Positions 1 to 8,731 of a DNA stretch of 64,000 nucleotides are shown one piece after another. Within the stretch, counting starts at the first letter, position 1, and every line of letters starts with the position of its first letter. The stretch covers positions 124,001 through 188,000 of IMG/VR virus record IMGVR_UViG_3300030503_000315; one strand, 5' to 3'. A program made the position numbers and the translations under genes. The notes under the pieces are model-generated. The model had not been told where the DNA came from. It searched no databases and was given only the letters and a program-made list of their open reading frames with translations.

Positions 1-304
1 GAACCTGTTTATCGACCTGAACCATACGAATTTTGAATTCGTTATGGAGGGGGTAATGGATCGCCTGACGTTTCGTTTTCCGAACCGGGAAGTTACCGCC
101 CCACTGAGCCTCACGTCGCAGCTGATACTTGCAAGCACAGTAGAACCCGATAGCCACCGATAGGAGGATCATCAGCGCGCAGATTACCAATGCAGCGATT
201 TGCTGCTCGACTGAGTTCGCGGTGACGAACAGGTAGGACGGAAATGCAATCGCCAGGAGAAGACCCAAGCCGGTGATCTTGCACATAAGTTTGAACGGTG
301 ACAT
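1..304 (-). CDS. Partial membrane protein (runs off window edge)
   Basis: ATG at 304 with AAGGAG SD; translates MSPFKLMCKITGLGLLLAIAFPSYLF..., two hydrophobic segments, open to position 1. Confidence 0.6.
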   Translation of the reverse strand, partial: MSPFKLMCKITGLGLLLAIAFPSYLFVTANSVEQQIAALVICALMILLSVAIGFYCACKYQLRREAQWGGNFPVRKTKRQAIHYPLHNEFKIRMVQVDKQV

Positions 305-314
305 CTTATTCTCC

Positions 315-713
315 TTAATCGTCTTCGCCAGCATCATCACCTACTGTGTAGGTAACGACACCTTGTCGTTGCTTCATCTCAGCCAGCAGGATCTCCAGGC
401 TGGAGATCATGACCGGGCGCTGTTCGTCGTGCGGTTTGGACTTTTCCAAATCCAGCAAACTTTGGATCCAACCCACCTGGGCTGTGGCTAAACCATTGCT
501 GGAAGCACCCACAATGTCTTCCCATAACCCCTGAATCGTGCCACGACAATTGATTAAGGCAGAGAGCGCCCACAGTTCAATAGAACTGTCAGAGTTCGGC
601 TGCGCATGCATATAGTGCTTCTCCAAAAACGCGCGGAGCTCCTTATAGTCTGAGACTTCGCGGGAGTTGCGATGCAGGATCATCGGGTTAACCTTCTTGT
701 CTGCGTCTCTCAT
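315..713 (-). CDS. Hypothetical protein
   Basis: 132 aa ORF tightly packed in minus-strand operon with GGAG SD. Confidence 0.7.
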   Translation of the reverse strand: MRDADKKVNPMILHRNSREVSDYKELRAFLEKHYMHAQPNSDSSIELWALSALINCRGTIQGLWEDIVGASSNGLATAQVGWIQSLLDLEKSKPHDEQRPVMISSLEILLAEMKQRQGVVTYTVGDDAGEDD

Positions 714-716
714 GAT

Positions 717-1043
717 TTACTCCGTAACGTATTTGACTCTGACATTGGTCCACGCCGATTGCTTCATCGGTACCTTCTTGCCCATCTTTGCGTAGAAGCG
801 CCGGACAGCCTCACCATTGATATCCATCCTGGAGCCCGGGACAAAGTCCAACTCCATGAGGAAATCATGCGGATCTGCAAACTGGAAATTCTCTCCAGCT
901 ACTTTTGCTTCGAGGAATTCTTCGAGCGACTGCGCTTCGGTTTTGATTTCCCTCAGACGTGCGGTCAACTTCGCTTGTTCTTCCTGCAGCTTGTGCAGCT
1001 CAAACGCGTAGTCTGAAATCTTCTTGCTCGAGACAAACTTCAT
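717..1043 (-). CDS. Hypothetical protein with N-terminal coiled coil
   Basis: 108 aa ORF, ATGA overlap with upstream gene. Confidence 0.7.
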   Translation of the reverse strand: MKFVSSKKISDYAFELHKLQEEQAKLTARLREIKTEAQSLEEFLEAKVAGENFQFADPHDFLMELDFVPGSRMDINGEAVRRFYAKMGKKVPMKQSAWTNVRVKYVTE

Positions 1044-1495
1044 GATTCATCTCCCTCAAAATCAGTCCAGCCATCGTCTGTTTTCACATCTACGTGATCC
1101 AGCTTTTTCTTCCAAGCTTCGAACTCTTGCAGACGCTGGTCGTACACATTGCACGCAACCATAGCGGCCTTGTTGAGGCTCTCCATAACCTTCTTGAGAG
1201 AAATCGAACAACCACCAAGTAGCCGGTGGTAGTCTTTGACAGTCAAAGTCACACCGCTGTGCATCAATGCGGACTCATATCCACACAAACAGGATCCCGT
1301 GTCAAACGTCATAGCCACTCCATCCGCATCGACCTGAAGAAGTTCAAAGTCGTAGAAGCAGTCGCCTGTGTGTTCGGTCTTGACCAGGAACTCGCCAACA
1401 TGTTTTCTATCCCGACCTTCAGATTGACTGGTGCGGGACATCCCCGAAGGGTTCGCGATAACCCAAACTACATGATCGATTTTACCACGAATCAT
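1040..1495 (-). CDS. Hypothetical protein
   Basis: 151 aa ORF preceded by repeated leader motif ending in GGAG. Confidence 0.7.
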   Translation of the reverse strand: MIRGKIDHVVWVIANPSGMSRTSQSEGRDRKHVGEFLVKTEHTGDCFYDFELLQVDADGVAMTFDTGSCLCGYESALMHSGVTLTVKDYHRLLGGCSISLKKVMESLNKAAMVACNVYDQRLQEFEAWKKKLDHVDVKTDDGWTDFEGDES

Positions 1496-1501
1496 TTTAT
1501 T

Positions 1502-1520
1502 CTCCGTTTCGTTAGGAGGT
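1502..1520 (-). promoter_or_regulatory. Repeated leader/RBS motif ACCTCC(C/T)AACGAAACGGAG, copy 1 of 3
   Basis: Near-identical 19-mers at 1502, 2539 and 4865, each just upstream of a start codon. Confidence 0.75.
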
Positions 1521-1525
1521 TGTGA

Positions 1526-1885
1526 TTACTTACTCAGGCAGATAGCCTTGGCACGACTTACCAATGTTTCTTCGCTGAGCTCAGGATGAGCATACGCGTA
1601 CGTGATTACGCGCATCGTTGCTGCCTTCCCTGCTGCATCTCCCGGTGCCTCGTCCATCTTCTGCTGCACCTGTGCAAGTGTAGGTGCAAGAGGAGGTCCC
1701 GTGCTAACCATTGCATACGCAGCATGCGCCGTGTCGTCCGCATGCTCGTTGCAGAACGAGGGGTCGAGACCACTAGGTGTCGTCCCGATTAAGTAGACAA
1801 TCCACAAAATTGTGGCGACTGTCCCGGCGCAGGCTAGACCCATGAGGGTGTATCCGAGACCCCGACCGAAGGATCTAATGTTCAT
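1526..1885 (-). CDS. Membrane-anchored hypothetical protein
   Basis: Start trimmed to MNIRSFG (AGGAG SD); single TM segment. Confidence 0.6.
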   Translation of the reverse strand: MNIRSFGRGLGYTLMGLACAGTVATILWIVYLIGTTPSGLDPSFCNEHADDTAHAAYAMVSTGPPLAPTLAQVQQKMDEAPGDAAGKAATMRVITYAYAHPELSEETLVSRAKAICLSK

Positions 1886-2082
1886 CCTGAACTCCTGTGG
1901 TAACAGGTCGAGCGTAGGTGAGTGTGACATCCCTGTGGTGAGATGTAGCGAGAAACAATTCTACCACAGCTCGCAGGAAAGATTTCCCTTCCCACCAGAT
2001 CAGGGTGTCCTGTTCCAAGCCATTATCCCACGAAGGATCTTCGTAGTGAAGAACTACTGTGATTACATACGTTCTCTTCATA

Positions 2083-2532
2083 TTAGCCCCGTGCCCGATG
2101 GCCGAACTTTGCTGCCAGAGCTTCGAGCTTCGAAGGTGCAGGAGGCACATGCAGTGGCGTTGTTTTGCCGGACTGCTTGTCCTTGACCTGGAACTGATTC
2201 GTCTCGGACTGAAACGAGGTGATTTGCAGATTGGGATTTGCCTTGACGAGCAAGAGCTTGATCTCCTGATTCACGGCCGCAGTGTATTGCTTCGACCAGG
2301 CCTTCAGGATAACAAGTGCGTGGCGAAGTTTCTCAGCTGCGCGAAAGTCACGGGTGACGTCCATGCGGTACCAACCGAAGCCACGTTTGAAAAGATAGAC
2401 GCCGTGAGGGAAGCCAACATTCTTGCCAGCCTCGGTGTGCATCCAATAACGCAAATGTGCGTGCTCGTCTGCGCTGAGGTGGACAGTGATGTATGCGGTG
2501 TCGTCGTTCGTCAGGTGCGTGAAGTATTTCAT
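2083..2532 (-). CDS. Hypothetical protein
   Basis: 149 aa ORF downstream of leader motif copy 2. Confidence 0.7.
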   Translation of the reverse strand: MKYFTHLTNDDTAYITVHLSADEHAHLRYWMHTEAGKNVGFPHGVYLFKRGFGWYRMDVTRDFRAAEKLRHALVILKAWSKQYTAAVNQEIKLLLVKANPNLQITSFQSETNQFQVKDKQSGKTTPLHVPPAPSKLEALAAKFGHRARG

Positions 2533-2538
2533 GATGCT

Positions 2539-2557
2539 CTCCGTTTCGTTGGGAGGT
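2539..2557 (-). promoter_or_regulatory. Repeated leader/RBS motif, copy 2
   Basis: CTCCGTTTCGTTGGGAGGT on + strand, identical to the 4865 copy. Confidence 0.75.
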
Positions 2558-2584
2558 GGGGAAAACGTTGTTACAGGTTATTTA

Positions 2585-3019
2585 CTACAACCATTCTCTC
2601 TCTTCGTCCTCATCTTCGTCATCACCTTCTTCCCCATCACCTTCGCGTGCATCTCCCATAATGGAGGAAGCGGCTAGGATGGATTCTTCGGTAGGATCCG
2701 AGACGAATTCGAGATTGTCATGTTCATGCCACCAACTACCGCCGACACCATAAGTCGTCCCACTTGGATCGGCCGCTACTTCATGAACAACCTGAGCTAA
2801 CGCATCCGGAGGATCGCTCTTGAATCGCACCATAGTGCCGACTGCATAGATCGCACGGGGGTATTTTTCAACCGCCAAGCGGTAACCTGCGAATGCGCTG
2901 CTGGTGTCCTTCTTCAGGAACCCAACAAATTCGCGCGGCGTGTAGTCGTAGTAGTCGGGGAATTCCTTTTCCGAGTCTAGGATAAATTGCATTTCAAGAA
3001 ATGTGAGTTCACGTGCCAT
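2585..3019 (-). CDS. Hypothetical protein with acidic tail
   Basis: Start trimmed to MARELTF (AAGGAG SD). Confidence 0.65.
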   Translation of the reverse strand: MARELTFLEMQFILDSEKEFPDYYDYTPREFVGFLKKDTSSAFAGYRLAVEKYPRAIYAVGTMVRFKSDPPDALAQVVHEVAADPSGTTYGVGGSWWHEHDNLEFVSDPTEESILAASSIMGDAREGDGEEGDDEDEDEEREWL

Positions 3020-3529
3020 GTTAAATCTCCTTGAGTTTTTCAAGACAAGCCATCTCCGGCGGAGCCTCGTACTTCTGTTGGAACTTTTCGGCAGTTTCGA
3101 GGTCATCAAAATAAGCGATAATGACCACGGCTCGGTCGTACATAGTCTCACCAGGGATATGCCAGAACGATACCGATGCTACAGACGTAGGTAGACGTTT
3201 TAGACTTCCACACTCACTAACAACCATCATGCGATTTGCCATGTCAGTTACCTCCATGCTTGTAGTTAACTTTACGGATGTGCCACCCAATGCCTCGCAC
3301 GTTTTCGTACAGGCACATGCTCTGCCACATATTACTCCAGAACACACAGAAATGCTTCATGTCTTCCATTTGGCACCTCAGATGAGGTCGTTGAGAATAC
3401 GAATCAGGTCGTGCGGTGCCCAGAAGCCGTACAGCGCAATAGCACCAAAAGCTCCAACCGCGCACGCCATCAAAACTTCCGTGAATGTTGTTTCTTTCAT
3501 GATGTTGCTCCTCTATACAACAGTTGAGA

Positions 3530-3916
3530 TTAACGAACGAACTTTCCGGCAATGTCTACTTTTGCCTTCGAACCGCCGGGAGACTTCAGGTTGAACACCG
3601 CGCCCTCGCGACCCACGACGTCGATGCCAGACAACTCCCAGCCCAACTTCGCGGCCTTGAGAATTGTTTGAGCCTGCTCATCGGTCATGCGTTCGGCTGC
3701 ATCAACAAGCGCTTTGATTTGCTTGCTCAGCTTTTCATCCATCTGAATGCCGTAGCCGTTGATCTGACAACCGAGGGCGATCAGTGCCCCGGTGGCGCGC
3801 AGACGTTGCGGGAAGTAATAGGTAACGTTGCCTTCCTTGACTTCGGTCAACCCATCGACCTTGATAAACTTCTCGAACGTCTCCAGCCCTTCTGCTTTGT
3901 TGCTGGGGATCCCCAT
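3530..3916 (-). CDS. Hypothetical protein
   Basis: Start trimmed to MGIPSNK (AAGGAG SD). Confidence 0.65.
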   Translation of the reverse strand: MGIPSNKAEGLETFEKFIKVDGLTEVKEGNVTYYFPQRLRATGALIALGCQINGYGIQMDEKLSKQIKALVDAAERMTDEQAQTILKAAKLGWELSGIDVVGREGAVFNLKSPGGSKAKVDIAGKFVR

Positions 3917-3926
3917 GTCATGCTCC

Positions 3927-4250
3927 TTACGCAAAATACGAACGAATGACGCGGTGCATGTCATTCACGTTGTCAACAATCTCAACATCATGACCTCCGC
4001 ACGCTTCGAACGGTCGAGCGGTCACAAACGACTGAGCACTGAACGTTACCTTGCTTTCCTCAAAGTTGAGGTGCAACTCCAACGTGTGAGTCCACGTAGC
4101 CTGCTGCCGGGCCATCAATATGGTGTATCCACGCTCTTCAAACTTGCCGGCTTGATAGGTTGCGCTGATGCTGGGATAGCATTCAGCGAGCTGTGCGGCG
4201 AACCCACGCACGATCTGCCCCCTCGTAAGTTCAATGACGTCACTCATCAT
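3927..4250 (-). CDS. Hypothetical protein
   Basis: 107 aa ORF within packed operon. Confidence 0.6.
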   Translation of the reverse strand: MMSDVIELTRGQIVRGFAAQLAECYPSISATYQAGKFEERGYTILMARQQATWTHTLELHLNFEESKVTFSAQSFVTARPFEACGGHDVEIVDNVNDMHRVIRSYFA

Positions 4251-4476
4251 TGATAAGCCCCATGTTTACGAGATCGGCACGTACAGCTTCGCGCCATTCG
4301 CGATGTTTCAGCCACCGTTGCAACTGGTACTCTGCAACGTGCGCACAGTGTTCAGTCTGCGCAGCCTGCAGATTTTGCAGGAACAACAAGTTGCTTTCCG
4401 CTGCGAACCCCTGCCACACGCTTAGGCCACGGATTTTGTTCGAAGCGGAAGTCTGAAATGTTTTCGTGAGTTTCAT
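4240..4476 (-). CDS. Hypothetical protein
   Basis: Start trimmed to MKLTKTF (AAGGAG SD). Confidence 0.6.
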   Translation of the reverse strand: MKLTKTFQTSASNKIRGLSVWQGFAAESNLLFLQNLQAAQTEHCAHVAEYQLQRWLKHREWREAVRADLVNMGLINDE

Positions 4477-4501
4477 CGTTTGCTCCTTGAGCAATGTTTG
4501 C

Positions 4502-4858
4502 TTAGACTGCGAACAGTTCGAGCCGCGCCCTGTCATCAATAACGCCAGCACGACGACTCCGAATGTGCGCGATGTATTTGCGCTTGGCGCTGGACGGTAT
4601 CGTGAGCTTACCGTTTGAAACGGTTGCCGGCAGACAGTCTAGATTGAACAGACAACGAATGTCCCACGCGTTCTCTTCACTGACAATAACAACACGATGG
4701 ATCGACGGCTGGAAGTGATCGCGGTGGATCAGAAATGCCTTCGAAACATCCAAAGCATTGTACGTCTTCGCGCGCTGAACAAGCAGCACGTCTTTGCTGA
4801 GACCGATTGTGAATTCGCTTTTCGTGTCGAATACTGCGCGGTTGTTTATGACTTGCAT
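4502..4858 (-). CDS. Hypothetical protein
   Basis: 118 aa ORF downstream of leader motif copy 3. Confidence 0.65.
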   Translation of the reverse strand: MQVINNRAVFDTKSEFTIGLSKDVLLVQRAKTYNALDVSKAFLIHRDHFQPSIHRVVIVSEENAWDIRCLFNLDCLPATVSNGKLTIPSSAKRKYIAHIRSRRAGVIDDRARLELFAV

Positions 4859-4864
4859 GATGAA

Positions 4865-4883
4865 CTCCGTTTCGTTGGGAGGT
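4865..4883 (-). promoter_or_regulatory. Repeated leader/RBS motif, copy 3
   Basis: CTCCGTTTCGTTGGGAGGT on + strand. Confidence 0.75.
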
Positions 4884-4954
4884 ATGAAAACGCGAACAAC
4901 GCGCGAATCGCACCTAGGTGCCGAATTTCGAAGATGCGTTGCCCCTGCAGAACC

Positions 4955-4963
4955 ATTCTAACA
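4955..4963 (-). promoter_or_regulatory. Probable sigma70 extended -10 promoter (TGTTAGAAT) for the early-type operon 1-4858
   Basis: TGnTAGAAT in the intergenic gap just after a terminator; -35 weak. Confidence 0.45.
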
Positions 4964-4990
4964 GAAAAACCACCAACTGTGGCGAAGATG

Positions 4991-5021
4991 GAAAAAGCCG
5001 TTGTTTTTACGCAACGGCTTC
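4991..5021 (-). terminator. Intrinsic terminator
   Basis: AAGCCGTTG/CAACGGCTT stem followed by a U tract on the minus strand. Confidence 0.65.
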
Positions 5022-5060
5022 AAACCACCATCTGAAGCGGGTTTCTGATGGTTTTTCCGC

Positions 5061-5504
5061 TCAAACCACAACGTGTTTCTGCAGGTAACGCAGGTGTTCC
5101 ACAACATGCCACATCTCGTTAAGTTGCTTCACCAAATCGCTGTGGACCGGGCTCGAAAGCACAACATTGCCGAAATATCCGGAGTCTACCGAGACGATGC
5201 TCCCTACTTCAGATTTCTGATCGTACAGATTGTTAGGCATATGAGCACGCATGATTGCTTCGAGGCCACCGACTTCACGGGAAAGTACGCCCACCATCTC
5301 TCCAAGAGTAACCACCGCATTCGATGCGTTCAGACTCGGATCGGTGAACGCATCTTGCGGCGCTCCTTGTACAGGACCATCATTCATCTTCGTCTGTTGC
5401 TGTGCTGCCTGCATCTGTTGCTGTGCCATTGCCCTCATGACTGAGCTGACTGGGCGCACCGAAACTTTCTTTGCAGATGTTGCCTTGACATCACTCATCT
5501 TCAT
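5061..5504 (-). CDS. Hypothetical protein (Gln-rich N-terminus)
   Basis: 147 aa ORF overlapping upstream gene end. Confidence 0.65.
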   Translation of the reverse strand: MKMSDVKATSAKKVSVRPVSSVMRAMAQQQMQAAQQQTKMNDGPVQGAPQDAFTDPSLNASNAVVTLGEMVGVLSREVGGLEAIMRAHMPNNLYDQKSEVGSIVSVDSGYFGNVVLSSPVHSDLVKQLNEMWHVVEHLRYLQKHVVV

Positions 5505-6276
5505 TCTCCTCAGAGCTCGGAACTTCGCCGAGCAAACATTTGACCAACTTTACGCATGCGTGCATCTGATCGATGCGGCGCTGCACACTGGCGCGAGCAA
5601 ACAACATGTGGTAGATTTCATTGGCATCACTATTTCGCTCAGCCATGGTGATTCTCTTCGCCAGCTTGTGGTGATTAAGACCAAACAGAGCATTCGACTT
5701 CCACTTCTGATGCTCTGAAATGGATGAAGCATGGGGAACATACATCAACCATTCCAGCCTCTTAGCCTCACGATTCAGGTACCAGATGGCCTTGTTCAGA
5801 TCCTGCTCGGAATTTCCCTTGTCGCCCCGACGATAGATGTACTTGAAAGCGTTACCCGGGTTGAACTCCATCACCTCAGCGATATCTATACACTCAACCT
5901 CGGAAGGGTGATTGTTGTAATGCTTTGGGTGGTTCACCATCTCTTCGCTATCGAGAGCACGGCGTGCAGGGATCTCCATACTCATCATCGCATCCTTCGT
6001 TGCTTCATCTAACTGATGACATGTCCCGCACTGACCCCAGGTCAAACTCTGCAGGTCATTAGATTTCTGACAGACGATACAGTCTGCTTTCGCCTTTCCA
6101 AACCCATCGACCTCTGCTTCAGCCATCTTATCAATGGTGGTATTGAAGTCTCCTATTGCCTTGTCTACAACAACCTTCGCTTTCTTAGCCATACCAAGAG
6201 CCTGATCTACAAGCTGGTTGGCATACGCGAATGCTAGAGAAGGTTCTTCCTTTTTCTCTTTTCCATCTTCCATCAT
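5491..6276 (-). CDS. DUF3310-domain protein
   Basis: VNHPKHY...ECID...GNAFKY..R...K....QDL.KA.WYL signature. Confidence 0.85.
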   Translation of the reverse strand: MMEDGKEKKEEPSLAFAYANQLVDQALGMAKKAKVVVDKAIGDFNTTIDKMAEAEVDGFGKAKADCIVCQKSNDLQSLTWGQCGTCHQLDEATKDAMMSMEIPARRALDSEEMVNHPKHYNNHPSEVECIDIAEVMEFNPGNAFKYIYRRGDKGNSEQDLNKAIWYLNREAKRLEWLMYVPHASSISEHQKWKSNALFGLNHHKLAKRITMAERNSDANEIYHMLFARASVQRRIDQMHACVKLVKCLLGEVPSSEENEDE

Positions 6277-6324
6277 GTTTTCCTTTTCATCAATGCTAGG
6301 GTAAAGTAAACCTCACAACATTGC

Positions 6325-6660
6325 TTACTCGTCTACATACTCAGATGCTTCAACCTCGGCATGCTCAACCTCGAGATCGTCACCATCCATGTCTTCAACT
6401 TCAGGGAAGTTTACGATCAGGAAGTTTTCTATATCTTCGATAGCACCGAGATGCCGCGAAGGTACACCACAGGTCATCAAACATTGCTTCAGACCTTCTT
6501 CTCGGATCAAAGCTAGAGCATCGTACGCGTGATTCACCAGGTTCTGCCTGTGTGCAAAGTTCAGATTCTGAATAAGAGTTGCATCCGCGTAGACGTTAGC
6601 TCTAAGGACATTCATGATCTTCTCTTTATTAGACAGGGTTTCTTCACCAGTGTTGTCCAT
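6325..6660 (-). CDS. Hypothetical protein
   Basis: 111 aa, GAGGTG SD. Confidence 0.7.
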   Translation of the reverse strand: MDNTGEETLSNKEKIMNVLRANVYADATLIQNLNFAHRQNLVNHAYDALALIREEGLKQCLMTCGVPSRHLGAIEDIENFLIVNFPEVEDMDGDDLEVEHAEVEASEYVDE

Positions 6661-6670
6661 GGCTCACCTC

Positions 6671-7387
6671 TTACTCAGCAGCGGCTTCAGCAGCCTTGCG
6701 CAACTCAATCAAACGACTCTTGATGAGCTTGACCGTGCGCGGATGTGCCGGAAGATTGTCACGCAGATAACGGAGCTCCTTGCGACTCAACTTAGCCTTG
6801 CCCTGAACCAGACCAAGCGTGTTGGTGTCCGGTTGTTGTTTAAGGCGCTGGAAGAACGCTTCGAAGTTTGCACTTAGGCCACCTACTCCTGTCGTCACAC
6901 CTGCCTTGACCTGAGCGGTGACATTATCGTTATGCACCGAAACAGACGGAGCATTGCCTTCGCGGCCAGACAGCTCACGAGAGTTGACCACGTCAACATT
7001 TGCATCACTGATTTTACGAACCGAACCGGCTTCGCGGATTTGCTGTGACAGGTTTTGCATGCGCAGTTGTTCCTCACGGGCACCCGGCGACTTCAGAATC
7101 TTGGAAGCCGTAGGTTCGTCAATGAGAGTGACCAACTCTTCAACCACTGCGTTACGAAACTCTGTTGACTCAAGCAAACGCTTCTTTGTAAAACGTCCGG
7201 TAGCATTGTAGGGGAGCCATGACTGCGGAACGCGCATGAGCTCTGCACGACCTTGTGCAGTGGGAATGTTGATGAGAAGTTCACCTTCCATCTGCAGCTT
7301 CGAATCTGCCGCAGAGTTAAGAAGCCATATCGACTTCTTGTCTTCGTTTGCTTCCAGTTCATCCAGGGAAATTGCGATTATACTCAC
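6671..7387 (-). CDS. Hypothetical protein
   Basis: 238 aa, GTG start with AGGAG SD. Confidence 0.75.
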   Translation of the reverse strand: MSIIAISLDELEANEDKKSIWLLNSAADSKLQMEGELLINIPTAQGRAELMRVPQSWLPYNATGRFTKKRLLESTEFRNAVVEELVTLIDEPTASKILKSPGAREEQLRMQNLSQQIREAGSVRKISDANVDVVNSRELSGREGNAPSVSVHNDNVTAQVKAGVTTGVGGLSANFEAFFQRLKQQPDTNTLGLVQGKAKLSRKELRYLRDNLPAHPRTVKLIKSRLIELRKAAEAAAE

Positions 7388-7472
7388 TTTGAAACTCCTA
7401 ACTGTTTTACGCTTATTAGCGCGAGTTGTGATGTCAGGTATGTTAGGGAAGGGTTTACCTGCGGCTTCGCTG

Positions 7473-7736
7473 TTAGGTAGCGAGCTCTTTTTTGAGTCTC
7501 TTCTTAAGACTTCTACGTCCTATATTTACTACATCTACGGGTAGGACGGGGAGTCCGACACGCCTTGCATACTCATGGGATGGAATTGGGGTTTGTGCGA
7601 ACGTACAACCTCCGTGCAAACGATGTTGCCACATACAACTTCCCTTAGCTAAGGGACATCGCGAAACTGCCAATTGCTGTTGAATCACACCACAGAATGT
7701 TCCTCCTTCCTTGGGTAACTGGTCATCATGATCCAT
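7473..7736 (-). CDS. Small Cys-containing hypothetical protein
   Basis: 87 aa, four spaced Cys. Confidence 0.55.
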   Translation of the reverse strand: MDHDDQLPKEGGTFCGVIQQQLAVSRCPLAKGSCMWQHRLHGGCTFAQTPIPSHEYARRVGLPVLPVDVVNIGRRSLKKRLKKELAT

Positions 7737-8049
7737 CTTTTAAGTCCTTGGGTTTCATTGTTACTTTATAAGGCTTGCCAAGATCGTATCGAGAATTTTC
7801 TGTCTCCACCCTTACTGCATCCCCTTCTTCATTGTACCCAATAGCTACAACAAGACTTGTTCGGATCCACTCGCCCGAACGAATAGCCCAGTCTGGATAG
7901 TCATAGATATCGCCCATCACTACAAAGTCAAGACTGTTGTCCATGGGCTTATGGAATGTCCAATTCTCTATCCGGCCCTTATGGGGTTTCAGGTCTTGGG
8001 CTGAGTTTTGCGAGGAGTCGCCTTCCGTCTTCTGCGTTTCGTTGCTCAT
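7726..8049 (-). CDS. Hypothetical phage protein
   Basis: Start trimmed to MSNETQK; G.I.TS.VV...ETENSRY pattern typical of small phage proteins. Confidence 0.65.
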   Translation of the reverse strand: MSNETQKTEGDSSQNSAQDLKPHKGRIENWTFHKPMDNSLDFVVMGDIYDYPDWAIRSGEWIRTSLVVAIGYNEEGDAVRVETENSRYDLGKPYKVTMKPKDLKDGS

Positions 8050-8542
8050 CTGTTTCTCCTTCTTTATCAGATTTGTTAGCCATGCGTTCCCTAAATCCTT
8101 CCATCTCTTTGTCAACGTGTTCCCGTGCCATGTCGAATGCCTCGTAGTGTGCAAACACCAATTCATCCTTTTCTTCTGGTTGTTCCTCAGGATCTTTCTT
8201 GCCAAGAAATAACTTGATAACGTCCTCACGACGAACCCAATCACCTTGCTGCATACGGAAAGACTCACCATCGAAGTGATCGTAGTTCTCAATGGTTGCC
8301 AATATCCTCTCCAGGTGGTTCCTGTTGAACCTATTATTCCTCAGGATGTCCTCGGTCATCCATTCCGGATATTGCGTGCGGATCATCAAGATACGTTCCA
8401 TTCTATCCGTTATGCAAGGATAGTCCAAACCACCTATGGGACCCCACTGAATTTGCATCTCAGGATGATCGGACCAAACTTCATCCTCGTCAAACATCTC
8501 AGGGATGTCAGCGACGAATCTCTTAAGTTCTTTAACGTTCAT
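7979..8542 (-). CDS. Hypothetical protein
   Basis: 187 aa ORF. Confidence 0.65.
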   Translation of the reverse strand: MNVKELKRFVADIPEMFDEDEVWSDHPEMQIQWGPIGGLDYPCITDRMERILMIRTQYPEWMTEDILRNNRFNRNHLERILATIENYDHFDGESFRMQQGDWVRREDVIKLFLGKKDPEEQPEEKDELVFAHYEAFDMAREHVDKEMEGFRERMANKSDKEGETDEQRNAEDGRRLLAKLSPRPETP

Positions 8543-8729
8543 CCGAGCTTTCCTCCAGCTTTGATATGCTTAGAAAGTATTCAAACAGGATTGCCATTTC
8601 TGAACAATCTCTTCCCGAGAAGAAAGGTCTGCCTTCGTCAAGATAGACATAAGCTCGACGAAGGTCCACAATGTATTCCTGTACAATTTCTTTGAGTTCC
8701 CAAGGCTCCATCTCTGACGGATGCATCAT
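8532..8729 (-). CDS. Small protein sharing a module with the 14577-15815 protein
   Basis: DLRRAYVYLDEGRPFFSGRDCSEMA vs DLHRAHEYLDAGKPFFTGKDCSELA. Confidence 0.7.
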   Translation of the reverse strand: MMHPSEMEPWELKEIVQEYIVDLRRAYVYLDEGRPFFSGRDCSEMAILFEYFLSISKLEESSDER

Positions 8730-8731
8730 TT

